Origin: Terriglobales bacterium
GTDB taxonomy: Bacteria > Acidobacteriota > Terriglobia > Terriglobales > Acidobacteriaceae
DNA: 59,730 bases
Direction: 5' to 3'
NCBI GenBank assembly: GCA_035935775.1
Contig: DASYWT010000199.1
Location: forward strand, 1-59,730
Position numbers and translations under genes: made by a program. Position 1 is the first letter of the stretch. The number at the start of each line of letters is the position of its first letter. Below, piece by piece: positions 44,711 through 54,572 of this stretch. Below the pieces are notes generated by a model. The model had not been told where the DNA came from, made no database searches, and saw nothing but the letters and a program-made list of their open reading frames with translations.

Positions 44711-47353
44711 ATGTGGGAGCGGCTGCGCACCTGGGGCTCGCGGCTGTGGGCGTGGGCGCGAATGCGCCCCCTGGAGTGCGACTTCGCCGAGGAACTGGAA
44801 TCGCACGCCGCCTTATTGGAGGAAGAACACCGCCGTCGCGGCCTGCCTGAGGAACAGGCTCGGCGCCAGGCGCGACTCCAGCTTGGGGGCATAACGCAAC
44901 TGCGCGAGTCCTTCCGCGAGCAACGCGGGCTTCCGCTGCTGGAGCGGATGGCACAAGACCTCCGCTATGCCCTGCGCATTTTTCGCAAATCTCCGGGGTT
45001 CACGCTTTTTGCCGGCGCTGCCCTGGCCCTGGGTATAGGCGCCACTTCCGCCGTCTTCAATATCGCTGATGCCGTCCTGCTTCGCCCCCTCCCCTACCGC
45101 CATCCTTCGCGCCTGGTCATGCTTTGGCAGGACGACACGGTCTACGGCTTCCCCCGCAACAACGTCAGTCCGTGGGCGTTCCAGCAATGGCGCCAGCACA
45201 ACCAGGTTCTTGAGGACATGGCCGCTTTGACTCATGATTCCGTTAACCTGCTGGGGCAGGGCGATCCGCAATACCTGCACGCGGACACGGTTACCGCCAA
45301 CTTTTTCAGCGTGCTGGGCGTGAGGCCGGCGTTGGGGCGCGCCTTCACTGCGGAGGACGGCCGGCCCGGCGCGCCTCTAACCGTGGTTTTGACTTATGGA
45401 GTGTGGGCCCGGCTGTTCGGCGCACAACCGCAGGTGGTGGGACGGGAACTGCTGCTGAATGGCGCCAAGTATACGGTGGCCGGCGTGATGCCCCGCGGCT
45501 TTCAGTTCCTGGACCCCGAGGTGGACCTCTGGTTGCCGGCGCAGTGGACCAGCGCCTTCGTCGAAGAGAGAAAGAGCGACCACTTCCTCACCGTCGTGGC
45601 CCGCGTGCGCCCCGGGGTCACCGAGCAGCGGGCGGGCGCGGCCATGACGGTGCTGGGCAAGCAGCTCGCGACCGCTGATATGTCGGATATGACCGCGGTT
45701 GTCGTATCCATGCGGGAGCAGTTGGCCGGCGACATGCGTCCCACGCTTCTGCTGCTTCTGGGCGCCGTGGCGCTGCTGCTGCTGATTGCCTGCGCCGATG
45801 TGGCGAACCTGCTGCTGGCGCGCGGCAGCACTCGCGCTTCGGAGATGGCGGTGCGGCTGGCGCTGGGTGCGAGCCGAAAGCGCGTGATCGAGCAGTTGCT
45901 GGCTGAAAGCGTGCTGCTCTCCTGCGCCGGGGGCGCCGCCGGGCTCGCCCTGGCGGTGTGGGCCACCGGCTTTCTCGGTCAACTCATCCCGCCGGGCATC
46001 TCCCACACCGGCGCGCCCGGGGTCAACGCCCCCCTGTTGGTTTTCGCCACCGCCGTCTCCTGTGCCACCGGGGTGCTGTTCGGCATCCTGCCTGCCTGGC
46101 GAGGCTCGCGGCTTGAACTGGTAGCTTCCCTCAAGCAGGGCGGCGGCCGCTCCGGCGCGGCGGCGGCGGGAAAGCGGCTGCGCAGCATTCTGGTGGTCAG
46201 CGAATTGGCGCTGGCCATGGTTCTGCTCGCGGGCGCCGCGCTCATGATTCGCAGCTTCCAGAAGCTGTACCACCAGGACCCCGGTTTCCGCGCACAGCAT
46301 GTGCTGACCTTGCAAACCCGGCTGCAATATCCCAAGTACCAGAGCATGGCCAGCCGCAGCCAGTTTTATCGCCAGGTGTTGCAGCGGGTGGAAACCTTGC
46401 CCGGCGTGGTCGCTGCCGGCTACACCACTTACCTTCCGCTGGCCGATGCCGGCGGCGGCAGCTTGGTTACGGTGGAGAACCATCCCGTCGATCCCAAACA
46501 TCGGCTGATTGCCAATGTGCGCGTGGTCAGCCCCGATTACTTCCGCACCGTGGGCATGACGCGGCGCCAGGGCAGGCTGCTGGACAGAGACGACGGACCG
46601 GAGAGCCCCAAGGTTGCCGTCATCAACCAGAGCATGGCGCACGCCTACTGGCCCGGGGAAAATCCAGTCGGCCGCAGGTTCAAGCGCGGTTACCTGCAAG
46701 CGCAAACGCCCTGGTACACGGTGGTGGGAATCGTCGCCGACATGCGCCAGGGGGGCATGGATGTCCCGGTGCGTCCCGAGGCTTATTTCACCTTTGAGCA
46801 AGCCGATTTCTTCGCGCCGGACGCGCTGGCGGTGCGGACCACCGGCGATCCCCTGGCCATTACCGAGCAGGTGCGCCGGCAGATCTGGGCAGTGGACAGG
46901 GAAGAGCCGGTTGCCGCGGTCTTACCTCTGCAGGAAATGGTGGAGAGAAGTGTTGCCCCGGCGCGACTGCAGACCTGGCTGCTGGCCGGCTTTGCCGGCC
47001 TGGCGCTGCTGCTGGCCACCCTGGGAATTTATGCTGTGCTCTCCTTCACCGTGGCCCAGCGGACGCAGGAAATTGGCGTGCGCCTGGCCCTGGGAGCGCG
47101 CCCCGCGCACGTGCTGGGCACGGTAATGGCGCAGGGACTGAGATTGTATTTGACGGGCGTGGGGCTCGGGTTGGCGGCAGCGCTGATGCTTTCGCGGCTC
47201 GTGACCCACCTGTTGTTCGGCATCAGCGCGGCGGATCCGCTTTCCTACCTCTGTGCCATTGTGCTGATGGCGGCGGTCACGCTGCTGGCGTGTTATGTGC
47301 CCGCCCGCCGCGCCCTGCGTTTCGACCCCATGGCCGCCCTGCGCTACGAGTGA
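44711..47353 (+). CDS. Duplicated FtsX/MacB-type permease (ADOP, acidobacterial duplicated orphan permease)
   Basis: 880 aa. The typical N-terminus is ...FAEELESHAALLEEEHRRRGLPEEQARRQARLQLGG...LRYALRIFRKSPGFT. Two MacB-periplasmic/FtsX modules. GGAGGA RBS. Starts 14 nt after padR, with no ATPase gene adjacent. Confidence 0.9.
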   Translation: MWERLRTWGSRLWAWARMRPLECDFAEELESHAALLEEEHRRRGLPEEQARRQARLQLGGITQLRESFREQRGLPLLERMAQDLRYALRIFRKSPGFTLFAGAALALGIGATSAVFNIADAVLLRPLPYRHPSRLVMLWQDDTVYGFPRNNVSPWAFQQWRQHNQVLEDMAALTHDSVNLLGQGDPQYLHADTVTANFFSVLGVRPALGRAFTAEDGRPGAPLTVVLTYGVWARLFGAQPQVVGRELLLNGAKYTVAGVMPRGFQFLDPEVDLWLPAQWTSAFVEERKSDHFLTVVARVRPGVTEQRAGAAMTVLGKQLATADMSDMTAVVVSMREQLAGDMRPTLLLLLGAVALLLLIACADVANLLLARGSTRASEMAVRLALGASRKRVIEQLLAESVLLSCAGGAAGLALAVWATGFLGQLIPPGISHTGAPGVNAPLLVFATAVSCATGVLFGILPAWRGSRLELVASLKQGGGRSGAAAAGKRLRSILVVSELALAMVLLAGAALMIRSFQKLYHQDPGFRAQHVLTLQTRLQYPKYQSMASRSQFYRQVLQRVETLPGVVAAGYTTYLPLADAGGGSLVTVENHPVDPKHRLIANVRVVSPDYFRTVGMTRRQGRLLDRDDGPESPKVAVINQSMAHAYWPGENPVGRRFKRGYLQAQTPWYTVVGIVADMRQGGMDVPVRPEAYFTFEQADFFAPDALAVRTTGDPLAITEQVRRQIWAVDREEPVAAVLPLQEMVERSVAPARLQTWLLAGFAGLALLLATLGIYAVLSFTVAQRTQEIGVRLALGARPAHVLGTVMAQGLRLYLTGVGLGLAAALMLSRLVTHLLFGISAADPLSYLCAIVLMAAVTLLACYVPARRALRFDPMAALRYE

Positions 47354-47361
47354 AGCGCGAA

Positions 47362-47469
47362 AGGTTCGAAAGTTTCACAGGTTGCAAGGTTTCAGAAGTG
47401 GGCTGCACGCCTCCATTTTCCTGCACAGGTATTTCCTCGAAACTTTGAAACTTGAAACCTTGAAACTTG
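47362..47469. repeat. GTTTC/GAAAC octamer-array inverted repeat (copy 2)
   Basis: The left arm is aggttcgaaagtttcacaggttgcaaggtttca (47362-47394) and the right arm cgaaactttgaaacttgaaaccttgaaacttg (47438-47469). It fills the gap between the convergent ADOP and small secreted protein genes. Confidence 0.85.
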
Positions 47470-47471
47470 CT

Positions 47472-47843
47472 TTACTGCGGCTCCGTTCCCGTAGTCGTCT
47501 TGTTCTCGACCTTGGTAGCTGCGTGCCGCGTCTCCTCCGCGCCCTTGTGTACCACTTTCTTCGTAGTGTGTTTGGTCTTGCTGGCGCCTTTCCGAGTTAA
47601 CGATTCAGTTTTGCGCCCGGTCTTCTTAGCGGCATTCTCGGTGGTATGGCCGGTCTTTTTTGCGGCGTTCTCCGTGGAATGGCCGGCCTTCTTGGCGGCA
47701 TTTTCGGTGGCCTGGCCGGCGGTTTTGAGGTCCTGCTTGATGCCGGTGTTCGGGCTGGTGGTAGAGGTATCTGATTGTCCCCAGGCCGCCGTCCCTAGTG
47801 CCACCGCCACACTCAAGAGCGCAATTCCCAGTAGATGTCTCAT
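47472..47843 (-). CDS. Small secreted repeat protein (TENAAKKxGH units)
   Basis: GAGGTG RBS plus ATG 47843, signal peptide MRHLLGIALLSVAVALGTAAWG, and three 11-aa repeats encoded by 33-bp DNA repeats at 47617-47715. Confidence 0.65.
   Translation of the reverse strand: MRHLLGIALLSVAVALGTAAWGQSDTSTTSPNTGIKQDLKTAGQATENAAKKAGHSTENAAKKTGHTTENAAKKTGRKTESLTRKGASKTKHTTKKVVHKGAEETRHAATKVENKTTTGTEPQ
47617..47715. repeat. Three tandem 33-bp repeats inside the small secreted protein gene
   Basis: cggtcttcttagcggcattctcggtggtatggc / cggtcttttttgcggcgttctccgtggaatggc / cggccttcttggcggcattttcggtggcctggc, read directly. Confidence 0.85.
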
Positions 47844-47983
47844 AGTCACCTCGCTTGTTGGATGCAGAATTCCTGCTTTGAGCGGCCCCGGAGAAGACGT
47901 TGCACAGTCGCCCCCGTAGGCATACGATTTCCCCATTCTACTGGTACCCGGCGCTTTCTCCCTCGAGCACATTTGGAATCTGT

Positions 47984-49468
47984 ATGAACGTCCTTCTGCT
48001 CTCCATGCCGGATTACTTCGAGCACATGCCTCCGGTCGCCGTCCGCATGCCCAACGGCGCCCTGACTTCGCTGGCGGGCAACGTTGACGCTCACCACCGC
48101 GTCGCTGTTGCCGATCTTATTCTGAGCCACGGCCGCGTGCGGGAAACCGTCATCCGCCTGCTTCAGGAACTCGACCCTGAGGTCATCGGGCTCTCCGTGA
48201 TGACCTTCCAGCGCCTTACCGCCGGCCGCATTATTGATCTGGCGCGCGCACTCAAGCCTGGCGTGAAGATTGTGGTGGGCGGTTATGACCCCAGTCTTGC
48301 CCCGGAAGCTTACGAGAAGATGGGCGTGGATTTCATCGTGCGCGGCGAAGGCGAGGTCACTCTTCGGGAACTGCTGCGTGCTGTGGAGAGCGGAAGCGGC
48401 TTCGAACGGATCTGCGGCCTTTCCTACCGCGCAGGTGAGCGCTGGGTCCACAGTCCGCCTCGCCCGCCGCACCGCCTGGAAGAAGGCGAAATCCGCCTGC
48501 CCAACCGCGCTGCCCGCGTTATCCACGGCTATACCCTGCTCGGGCGCGCGGTGGATGTAGTCGAAACTTCGCGCGGCTGCACCTATGACTGCAGTTTCTG
48601 CTCCATCATCGAAATGCGGGGGCGCAACTTTCACGTGTACTCGCCGGAACGCGTGCTGCAGGACATTCGCGATGCCCGCGACCACGGCGCCCGCACCATC
48701 TTCCTGGTGGACGACAACATTACCCTCAACGTGCGCCGCTTCCAGGCTTTGTGCTCGGCCATCATTGAGGCAGGACTGCATCGCCTGGACTACTTTGTCC
48801 AGGCCATGACCTCGGCCATTGCCGACCATGGCGAAACCCTCGCCGCACTCATGCGCCGCGCCGGCTTCCGCTACGTCTTTCTCGGCATCGAAAACGTTCT
48901 CGCCCAGGATCTTCAGTTCTTGCGCGCCACGGCCAAGAACACGGCGCGCAAAGACGGTGGCAAGGAGAATGCCACTCTCAAAGCCATCAATTGCCTGCAT
49001 CGCAATCACATGTATGTGGTGGGAGGACTGATCGTGGGCAACCCCGACGACACGCGCGAGTCGGTCGAGGCCAACCTCGCCTTCGCCAGGCGCTACGTGG
49101 ATTGGCCTTACATCCAGCACCCAACGCCCTATCCGCGCACGCCCATGACTGAGCACTTTCGCCAGCGCGGGCTCATCACCAATGAACGGCTGGAGGAATA
49201 CGACGGCACCACCGCCGTGGTGCGCACCGAACGCGTGCCGGCGGAAGACATTGAGTTCCTGCGCTGGAAAGCGGAGCGCTGGATGAAGCTTCGCCATATG
49301 CCCGCGGCCCTTCGCCACGACCCGTGGTTCATCGTGCGCCACGCCCCCCAGATGTTCGCCCATACCTACCGCGGCTGCACGCTTCGTTCTGTGCTGGGAC
49401 TGGAAGATAGCCGCAAAGCCTTTGAGCGCTACAAAGCCATACGGCGCCAGGAACGGTTCTACGTGTAA
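47984..49468 (+). CDS. B12-binding domain radical SAM protein (class B, DUF4070-type C-terminus)
   Basis: N-terminal cobalamin-binding-like Rossmann segment (VIGLSVMTF...KIVVGGY), the radical SAM cluster motif CTYDCSFC, and a conserved C-terminal extension. Likely start is ATG 47984. Confidence 0.85.
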   Translation: MNVLLLSMPDYFEHMPPVAVRMPNGALTSLAGNVDAHHRVAVADLILSHGRVRETVIRLLQELDPEVIGLSVMTFQRLTAGRIIDLARALKPGVKIVVGGYDPSLAPEAYEKMGVDFIVRGEGEVTLRELLRAVESGSGFERICGLSYRAGERWVHSPPRPPHRLEEGEIRLPNRAARVIHGYTLLGRAVDVVETSRGCTYDCSFCSIIEMRGRNFHVYSPERVLQDIRDARDHGARTIFLVDDNITLNVRRFQALCSAIIEAGLHRLDYFVQAMTSAIADHGETLAALMRRAGFRYVFLGIENVLAQDLQFLRATAKNTARKDGGKENATLKAINCLHRNHMYVVGGLIVGNPDDTRESVEANLAFARRYVDWPYIQHPTPYPRTPMTEHFRQRGLITNERLEEYDGTTAVVRTERVPAEDIEFLRWKAERWMKLRHMPAALRHDPWFIVRHAPQMFAHTYRGCTLRSVLGLEDSRKAFERYKAIRRQERFYV

Positions 49469-49560
49469 AACAAGGGCACTTTCCGGAAAACTGCCTTGGC
49501 GTTGGTTAGCAGGTGCCGACGGCTGTGGGTTGCGCCTGGTCAACCAGTAAGGAGTTAGCT

Positions 49561-51030
49561 ATGGCTCCGATCACTCGCAGGCAATTCATCCAGCAGACGG
49601 CATTCACTGCCGCAACCCTTTACGCATACCCGGCCACCGCGCTCGCCGGGGGGCCGGGAAGGCTAAGAGGACGCAAAGAAAATGCCGTTCCTCTCGATCG
49701 AGCAGCGATCCGCAAGCTGGCTTCCCAACTCCGCGGGCACGTGATCACGCCCAATTCGTCCGACTACGAATCAATGCGCCAGGTCAACAATCACGCGTAT
49801 GACCGACATCCAGCGGTGATCGTGCGCTGCGCCAGTCCCTCCGACGTGGCGCGGGCACTCGATTTTGGGCAACGACATAGTCTGCCGCTGGCGGTGCGTT
49901 CTGGCGGACATAGTGCCGCGGGATATGGGGCATGCGATGGCGGCATGGTGATAGATCTTTCTGGAATGAAACGCGTCGAAGTTGACGCCCCCAAGCGCCT
50001 GGCCTGTGCCCAGGCAGGCGCGCTGGTGGGGGATGTGGACCAGGCCACGCAGCGATTCGGTCTGGCCACGACGTTGGGCGCTTGTCCGACTGTTGGCATC
50101 GGTGGCTTGACCCTCGGCGGTGGGATGGGCACTTTGATGCCGAAATATGGCGCTGCCTGCGATAACGTGAAATCCGCACAAGTCGTAACCGTGGATGGCA
50201 GGCAAATCGAGGCCAACCGTGGGTCCAATGCAGACCTTTTCTGGGCCATTCGCGGCGGTGGCGGGAACTTCGGTGTTGCGACAGAGTTCGAGTACGGCCT
50301 CCACCCGGCAGGCGAGGTTCTGGCGGGAACGCTCGTGTATCCCGCTGGACCAATTCCGGAGTTGCTGCCCGCCTGCCTCAAGGTCACGGAGGCGGCGCCG
50401 GATGAACTCAACCTGGTTGCCATGATCGTACCCGGGCAAAACGGTCCGACATACGTCGTCCTCGTCGGCTATAGCGGCCGACCGGGCGCGGGCAATGACT
50501 TGCTCAAACCATTGCGAGCGCCGCATAGACCGCTGCGCGACACAGTGAACGTCATGTCATATCTGGAGTCGCAGGCGTCGGGATTTCCTCCGTCTCCGAA
50601 GCCTTTGTCTTATTTCACAACCAGCCTGTTTCTGCCGCAGCTTAGCGAGCCCGCGATTGCCGGTATAACAAGCGCAACCAAGGATGCACCGCAGAAATTT
50701 CGGGTGATGATTTCATGCCTTCACGGAGCGGTCACCCGTGTGCCATACAGTGACGCGGCATTTCCTTTGAGGATGAAGGGCTATGACGTGGAGGTGTCAA
50801 CTTACTGGAGCGCGCCGGCAGAAAAGGATAGTGGGGTGCGATGGGTGGAGGCTCTGCGCGCTGCTCTGCAGCCTTTTTCGCACGGCATGTACGTCAATGG
50901 GCTGAGCGAACCAACCGGCGAGCTTATGAGGGCAGCCTACGGCGCCAACTACGCCCGCCTGGCGGAGATCAAGAAGAAGTACGACCCCGACAATGTGCTG
51001 CGCCTCAACCCCAACATCATGCCCGCGTAG
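49561..51030 (+). CDS. Tat-exported FAD-linked oxidase (PCMH-type FAD-binding domain plus BBE-like C-terminus)
   Basis: Twin-arginine motif ITRRQFIQQTAF...ATALA, VRSGGHSAAGY, and a C-terminal YVNGLSEP...NYARLAEIKKKYDPDNVLRLNPNI typical of berberine-bridge-like oxidases. AAGGAG RBS. Confidence 0.9.
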   Translation: MAPITRRQFIQQTAFTAATLYAYPATALAGGPGRLRGRKENAVPLDRAAIRKLASQLRGHVITPNSSDYESMRQVNNHAYDRHPAVIVRCASPSDVARALDFGQRHSLPLAVRSGGHSAAGYGACDGGMVIDLSGMKRVEVDAPKRLACAQAGALVGDVDQATQRFGLATTLGACPTVGIGGLTLGGGMGTLMPKYGAACDNVKSAQVVTVDGRQIEANRGSNADLFWAIRGGGGNFGVATEFEYGLHPAGEVLAGTLVYPAGPIPELLPACLKVTEAAPDELNLVAMIVPGQNGPTYVVLVGYSGRPGAGNDLLKPLRAPHRPLRDTVNVMSYLESQASGFPPSPKPLSYFTTSLFLPQLSEPAIAGITSATKDAPQKFRVMISCLHGAVTRVPYSDAAFPLRMKGYDVEVSTYWSAPAEKDSGVRWVEALRAALQPFSHGMYVNGLSEPTGELMRAAYGANYARLAEIKKKYDPDNVLRLNPNIMPA

Positions 51031-51036
51031 CTCGCG

Positions 51037-51384
51037 TCACGTCCCCGCGGAACTTGGGGCGCGAAAGTAAGCCGTCGCCGCTGGACGAAACAGCAGATAC
51101 GCGAACACCGCCAGCAGCGCGCTGTGTACCAGCAATGCCTGCCAGGAGTGGAGGCTTATGATGACGTGGAAACCAAGCCAGGCCACGGCCAGCCAACGCG
51201 CCCAATTGCTGCGCCGGAGCAGGTAGACTCCGCAAACGATGGCGATCAGGTTGACCAGCAGGGCCCACAGGGCGTCATACGCGCCTGGCCCCCTCAACTC
51301 AGTTGCGTGAGAAGCAGACGCGAGCATTCCGATGGCCAGGAAGATGCACCCGACAATCGTCACGGAGAGTGGACGCCGGTTCAT
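51037..51384 (-). CDS. Small integral membrane protein, unknown function
   Basis: Four hydrophobic segments. It lies 29 bp downstream of the kinase gene on the same strand. Confidence 0.6.
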   Translation of the reverse strand: MNRRPLSVTIVGCIFLAIGMLASASHATELRGPGAYDALWALLVNLIAIVCGVYLLRRSNWARWLAVAWLGFHVIISLHSWQALLVHSALLAVFAYLLFRPAATAYFRAPSSAGT

Positions 51385-51413
51385 GGGCTAAATTTTCGCA
51401 TTCCCCCTGCCAC

Positions 51414-54377
51414 TCACTGTAACTTCGCGTACTCTGCTTTGGCTTCTTTCAAGATGGGGACGTCGGGGTCACCATCCTTCCACAGCGCAAAAAAATCCTG
51501 ATAGGCGGCTCTGGCCTTGGCTGTGTCTCCGGTCATCACATAGGCCCGGCCCAAACCTAGTTTGGCCAGTGAGTGCTCCGGCCCGACCGGAGCGATGCCG
51601 CGATGGTCCACAATTTTCTGAAATTCCGCCGCGGCCTCCGTTCCCCGCTTTGCCTGCAGGTAGGCCAGCCCGCGGATATAGATGGGCAGGAGCGCCTGCG
51701 CGGTCCCGAGCTCGTATGGCGTCGCCGACTGCAAGCGCTCGATAGCATCTTTGGGGGTCTTGCCGTTCATGGCGATCAATGCGTCCACAGTGGGAATGCT
51801 TACGGCGCGCAGCAGGGTGTCTGACGGGAAACGGCGGGTCAACTCCTCCGTAATCGCCTGCGCCCGGCTTGCCTCTCCGCTCATGGCCAAGGCCACAGCC
51901 ACTAACTCCAGGTTGGCCCGGTCTCGCGCCAGGCCGGAACTGGTGGCGCACAGTTGGTGCGTCTTGGCCACATTCCCGATCTCGGCCTGCGTCAGCGCCA
52001 GGCCCACCTGTGTGACCGCCGGTGTGCCCTTGAATCCCAGCCGCTCGCTGACTTGCACCGACCGCTCCATCAATTCTCCCGCCTTCTGCATTTGTCCTCT
52101 TGCCGCCGCCGCACTGGTGGCTTCGTTGAGCAGCAGGTATTCGCTCGGCTTGCCTTCTGCCCACTTCAATTCCTGTCGCATGCCCGCCTCATCGCCGCTC
52201 AGGAAGGCCAGGTCGTAGAGCCCCTGGTGAACAAACAAGTTATCGGCTTTGGCGTCCACCGCCCTTTTCAGAACGGACCGCGCTTCCTCCACCCTCCCCA
52301 GCGCCATGTACCCAAGCGCGGCGTGCACGTAGCCAAAGGGTGTATTCGGCTCCAGCCGAATACATTCGTTGGCCACCGGGATAGCTTTTTCAAAGTCCGC
52401 GTAGTACAGGTTGTATTCCAAGGCCAGGTTGCAGAAGGCAGTGGAATCATTGGGATAGGCTTTGACGGCCAGCTCCAGATTTTCTTTGTCTTTTTCGATG
52501 TCACCGGTAGCGGTGTAATAGTGGTCAACGATGTAGAAGCGCTCGCGGTCGCTTATGCGTTCGCGCAGGTCAAACGCCTTTTGGGCCTCGTCCAACGATT
52601 TATCTTCTTCTCCCACGTTGCTGTACACGGCGGCCAGCCGCGCGTGCGCCATCGCAAAGTTCGGGTCCAGCTCAATCGCGTGCTGGAACAGAGGAATGGA
52701 TTCGGCCTCGCCGCCGCCGTTGCGCATTTCGTCGGCCGCGGCGTACGCCTTCAGCGCTTCCAGGGATGTGGTGGTCGCCTCGGTGACGGGTGTGTTGAAT
52801 TTCTGTACCGACGACAAAGACTCGCCCAATTTGCCGCGCAGGTTGGAGGCGGCTTTCCCCACCGCCGGCAGAACCGTCTCTTTCTTGTCGGCGGTGACCT
52901 GCTCGCGGGCGAGAGCGTCGCCGGTGGCGCAGTTGATGGCATCAATGGCCACCACGTACTGGCTCCCCAGGGCCGCGATCGAGCCGCCCAGCAGGGCGCT
53001 GATGTTTTCCCGCTCGCAGATCTCCCGCGCCACGCTGCCGGTCACCCGCTCATCCGGAGCGCGCCCCATGAAGCGCAGGGCCTTGCGCACGGTCTGATCG
53101 GGCACAATATTCAGATAGGGCGATTGCTCAAGTTGCACCGCCAGCGCCTGCTTCAGCGTCCCGTCAAAGACCGGATCGCCCGTCGTATTGACGAAGTCCG
53201 CCAGCAGGATGGAGTCCTTTTCCGTCAGCTTATGGCTGGCGCGCGAGCGCCAGTAAAACGCGCCCGCAACTCCCGCGGCCACAAGCAGGGCGGCGGCAAC
53301 CATCCAGTATCTCTTGCCGCCCGCAGTACCCGGCTGCCCCGCTCGGAAATCTGCGACCGCCACCGGCGCGGGGGCTGCTTGCGCGGCGGCGGTACTGGCA
53401 AGCCGGTGCGAGGCTGAGGACGAACGCGCCGCGGCGGAGATTACGCCGCTGGGATGCGGAGCAGGCGCCTGCGCTTCAACCGGCGGCGGCTCTTCCACCG
53501 CGATCCTCTTCCCCGATCCCGAATCCCGCTTCAGCCGCTGCAACTCCGCCCGCATCTCCGAAGCGTGCTGGTAACGCAGCTCCCGGTCCTTCTCCAGCGC
53601 CCGGTTGATGATGCGCTCCAGTTCCGCGGGCAGATCCGGATTCAGCCGGATGGGCGGGATCGGGGCCCGTTCCAGGATGGCGTTGAAAATGACCGCCGAC
53701 GTGTCCCCCCGAAACGGCAGCGTGCCGGTGGCCATCTCATACAGCACCGCGCCAAAGGAAAACAGATCGGTGCGCGCATCCAGTGCCTTGCCCCGGGCCT
53801 GCTCCGGCGACATGTAGGCCACCGTGCCCAGCGCGGTTCCCGGGCTGGTGAGGTGCTGCTCGTCCACCGTCGCCAGGGTCGCCCCGGCCCCGCCTCTCTT
53901 CGGTTCCTCCGAAACCTTCGCCAGGCCAAAATCCAGGATTTTGGCGTGCCCGCGCTTGGTGATGAAAATATTGGCGGGTTTGATATCGCGGTGCACGATT
54001 CCTTCCCCATGCGCCGCATCCAGGGCGTCGGCGATTTCGATGCCCAGGGACAATAGCTGTTCGTATTCCAGCGGGTGTCCGGCAACCAGGTGCTTCAAGG
54101 TAACGCCGTCCAGAAACTCCATCACGATGAAGGCCCGGCCCTCGTGCTCCCCAATGTCGTAAATGGTGCAAATGTTGGGATGATTGAGAGCGGAGGCGGC
54201 CTGCGCTTCGCGCTGAAAACGGGCCAGGGATTGGGGATCGCGGTAAACCTCTTCAGGAAGGAATTTCAAGGCGACGAAACGGTGCAGGCGCGAATCCTCC
54301 GCCTTGTAGACGACGCCCATTCCCCCGCCGCCCAGCTTTTCGATGATGCGATAATGCGAGACGTTCTGGCCAATCAT
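51414..54377 (-). CDS. Hanks-type serine/threonine protein kinase with TM segment and C-terminal TPR array
   Basis: [33 protein letters not shown] and YMSPEQ, then one TM segment ([19 protein letters not shown]) and a long TPR-like region. Confidence 0.95.
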   Translation of the reverse strand: MIGQNVSHYRIIEKLGGGGMGVVYKAEDSRLHRFVALKFLPEEVYRDPQSLARFQREAQAASALNHPNICTIYDIGEHEGRAFIVMEFLDGVTLKHLVAGHPLEYEQLLSLGIEIADALDAAHGEGIVHRDIKPANIFITKRGHAKILDFGLAKVSEEPKRGGAGATLATVDEQHLTSPGTALGTVAYMSPEQARGKALDARTDLFSFGAVLYEMATGTLPFRGDTSAVIFNAILERAPIPPIRLNPDLPAELERIINRALEKDRELRYQHASEMRAELQRLKRDSGSGKRIAVEEPPPVEAQAPAPHPSGVISAAARSSSASHRLASTAAAQAAPAPVAVADFRAGQPGTAGGKRYWMVAAALLVAAGVAGAFYWRSRASHKLTEKDSILLADFVNTTGDPVFDGTLKQALAVQLEQSPYLNIVPDQTVRKALRFMGRAPDERVTGSVAREICERENISALLGGSIAALGSQYVVAIDAINCATGDALAREQVTADKKETVLPAVGKAASNLRGKLGESLSSVQKFNTPVTEATTTSLEALKAYAAADEMRNGGGEAESIPLFQHAIELDPNFAMAHARLAAVYSNVGEEDKSLDEAQKAFDLRERISDRERFYIVDHYYTATGDIEKDKENLELAVKAYPNDSTAFCNLALEYNLYYADFEKAIPVANECIRLEPNTPFGYVHAALGYMALGRVEEARSVLKRAVDAKADNLFVHQGLYDLAFLSGDEAGMRQELKWAEGKPSEYLLLNEATSAAAARGQMQKAGELMERSVQVSERLGFKGTPAVTQVGLALTQAEIGNVAKTHQLCATSSGLARDRANLELVAVALAMSGEASRAQAITEELTRRFPSDTLLRAVSIPTVDALIAMNGKTPKDAIERLQSATPYELGTAQALLPIYIRGLAYLQAKRGTEAAAEFQKIVDHRGIAPVGPEHSLAKLGLGRAYVMTGDTAKARAAYQDFFALWKDGDPDVPILKEAKAEYAKLQ

Positions 54378-54440
54378 CAGGCGCCGAATGTTACGTGCAG
54401 AAAACGAGCGAGGTCAATGAAAAATAGGGGTGGGCATGGG

Positions 54441-54568
54441 CTTCAGGGGGCCGACCCGCCTGAGTTGAAAGTCTCAGGGCTGAATGCTGACGGCTGAGTG
54501 CTGAATGCTTGTTTTCGAGGCGCGATAACCGTTCAGGGGGCCAAATGCTAATTGCTAAGTGCCAACGG
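54441..54568. repeat. Degenerate TGCTGAATGC-type short repeats with a duplicated TTCAGGGGGCC motif
   Basis: ttcagggggcc occurs at 54442-54452 and 54532-54542, exactly 90 bp apart. gctgaatgctgacggctgagtgctgaatgct sits at 54479-54509 and aaatgctaattgctaagtgcc at 54543-54563. Confidence 0.75.
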
Positions 54569-54572
54569 CTTT

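Noticed and set aside
47467-47919. 150-aa hydrophobic plus-strand ORF opposite the small secreted repeat protein.
   Set aside because: The minus-strand ORF has an RBS, a canonical signal peptide and in-phase 11-aa repeats. The plus-strand product is an artefact of reading the repeats in reverse.
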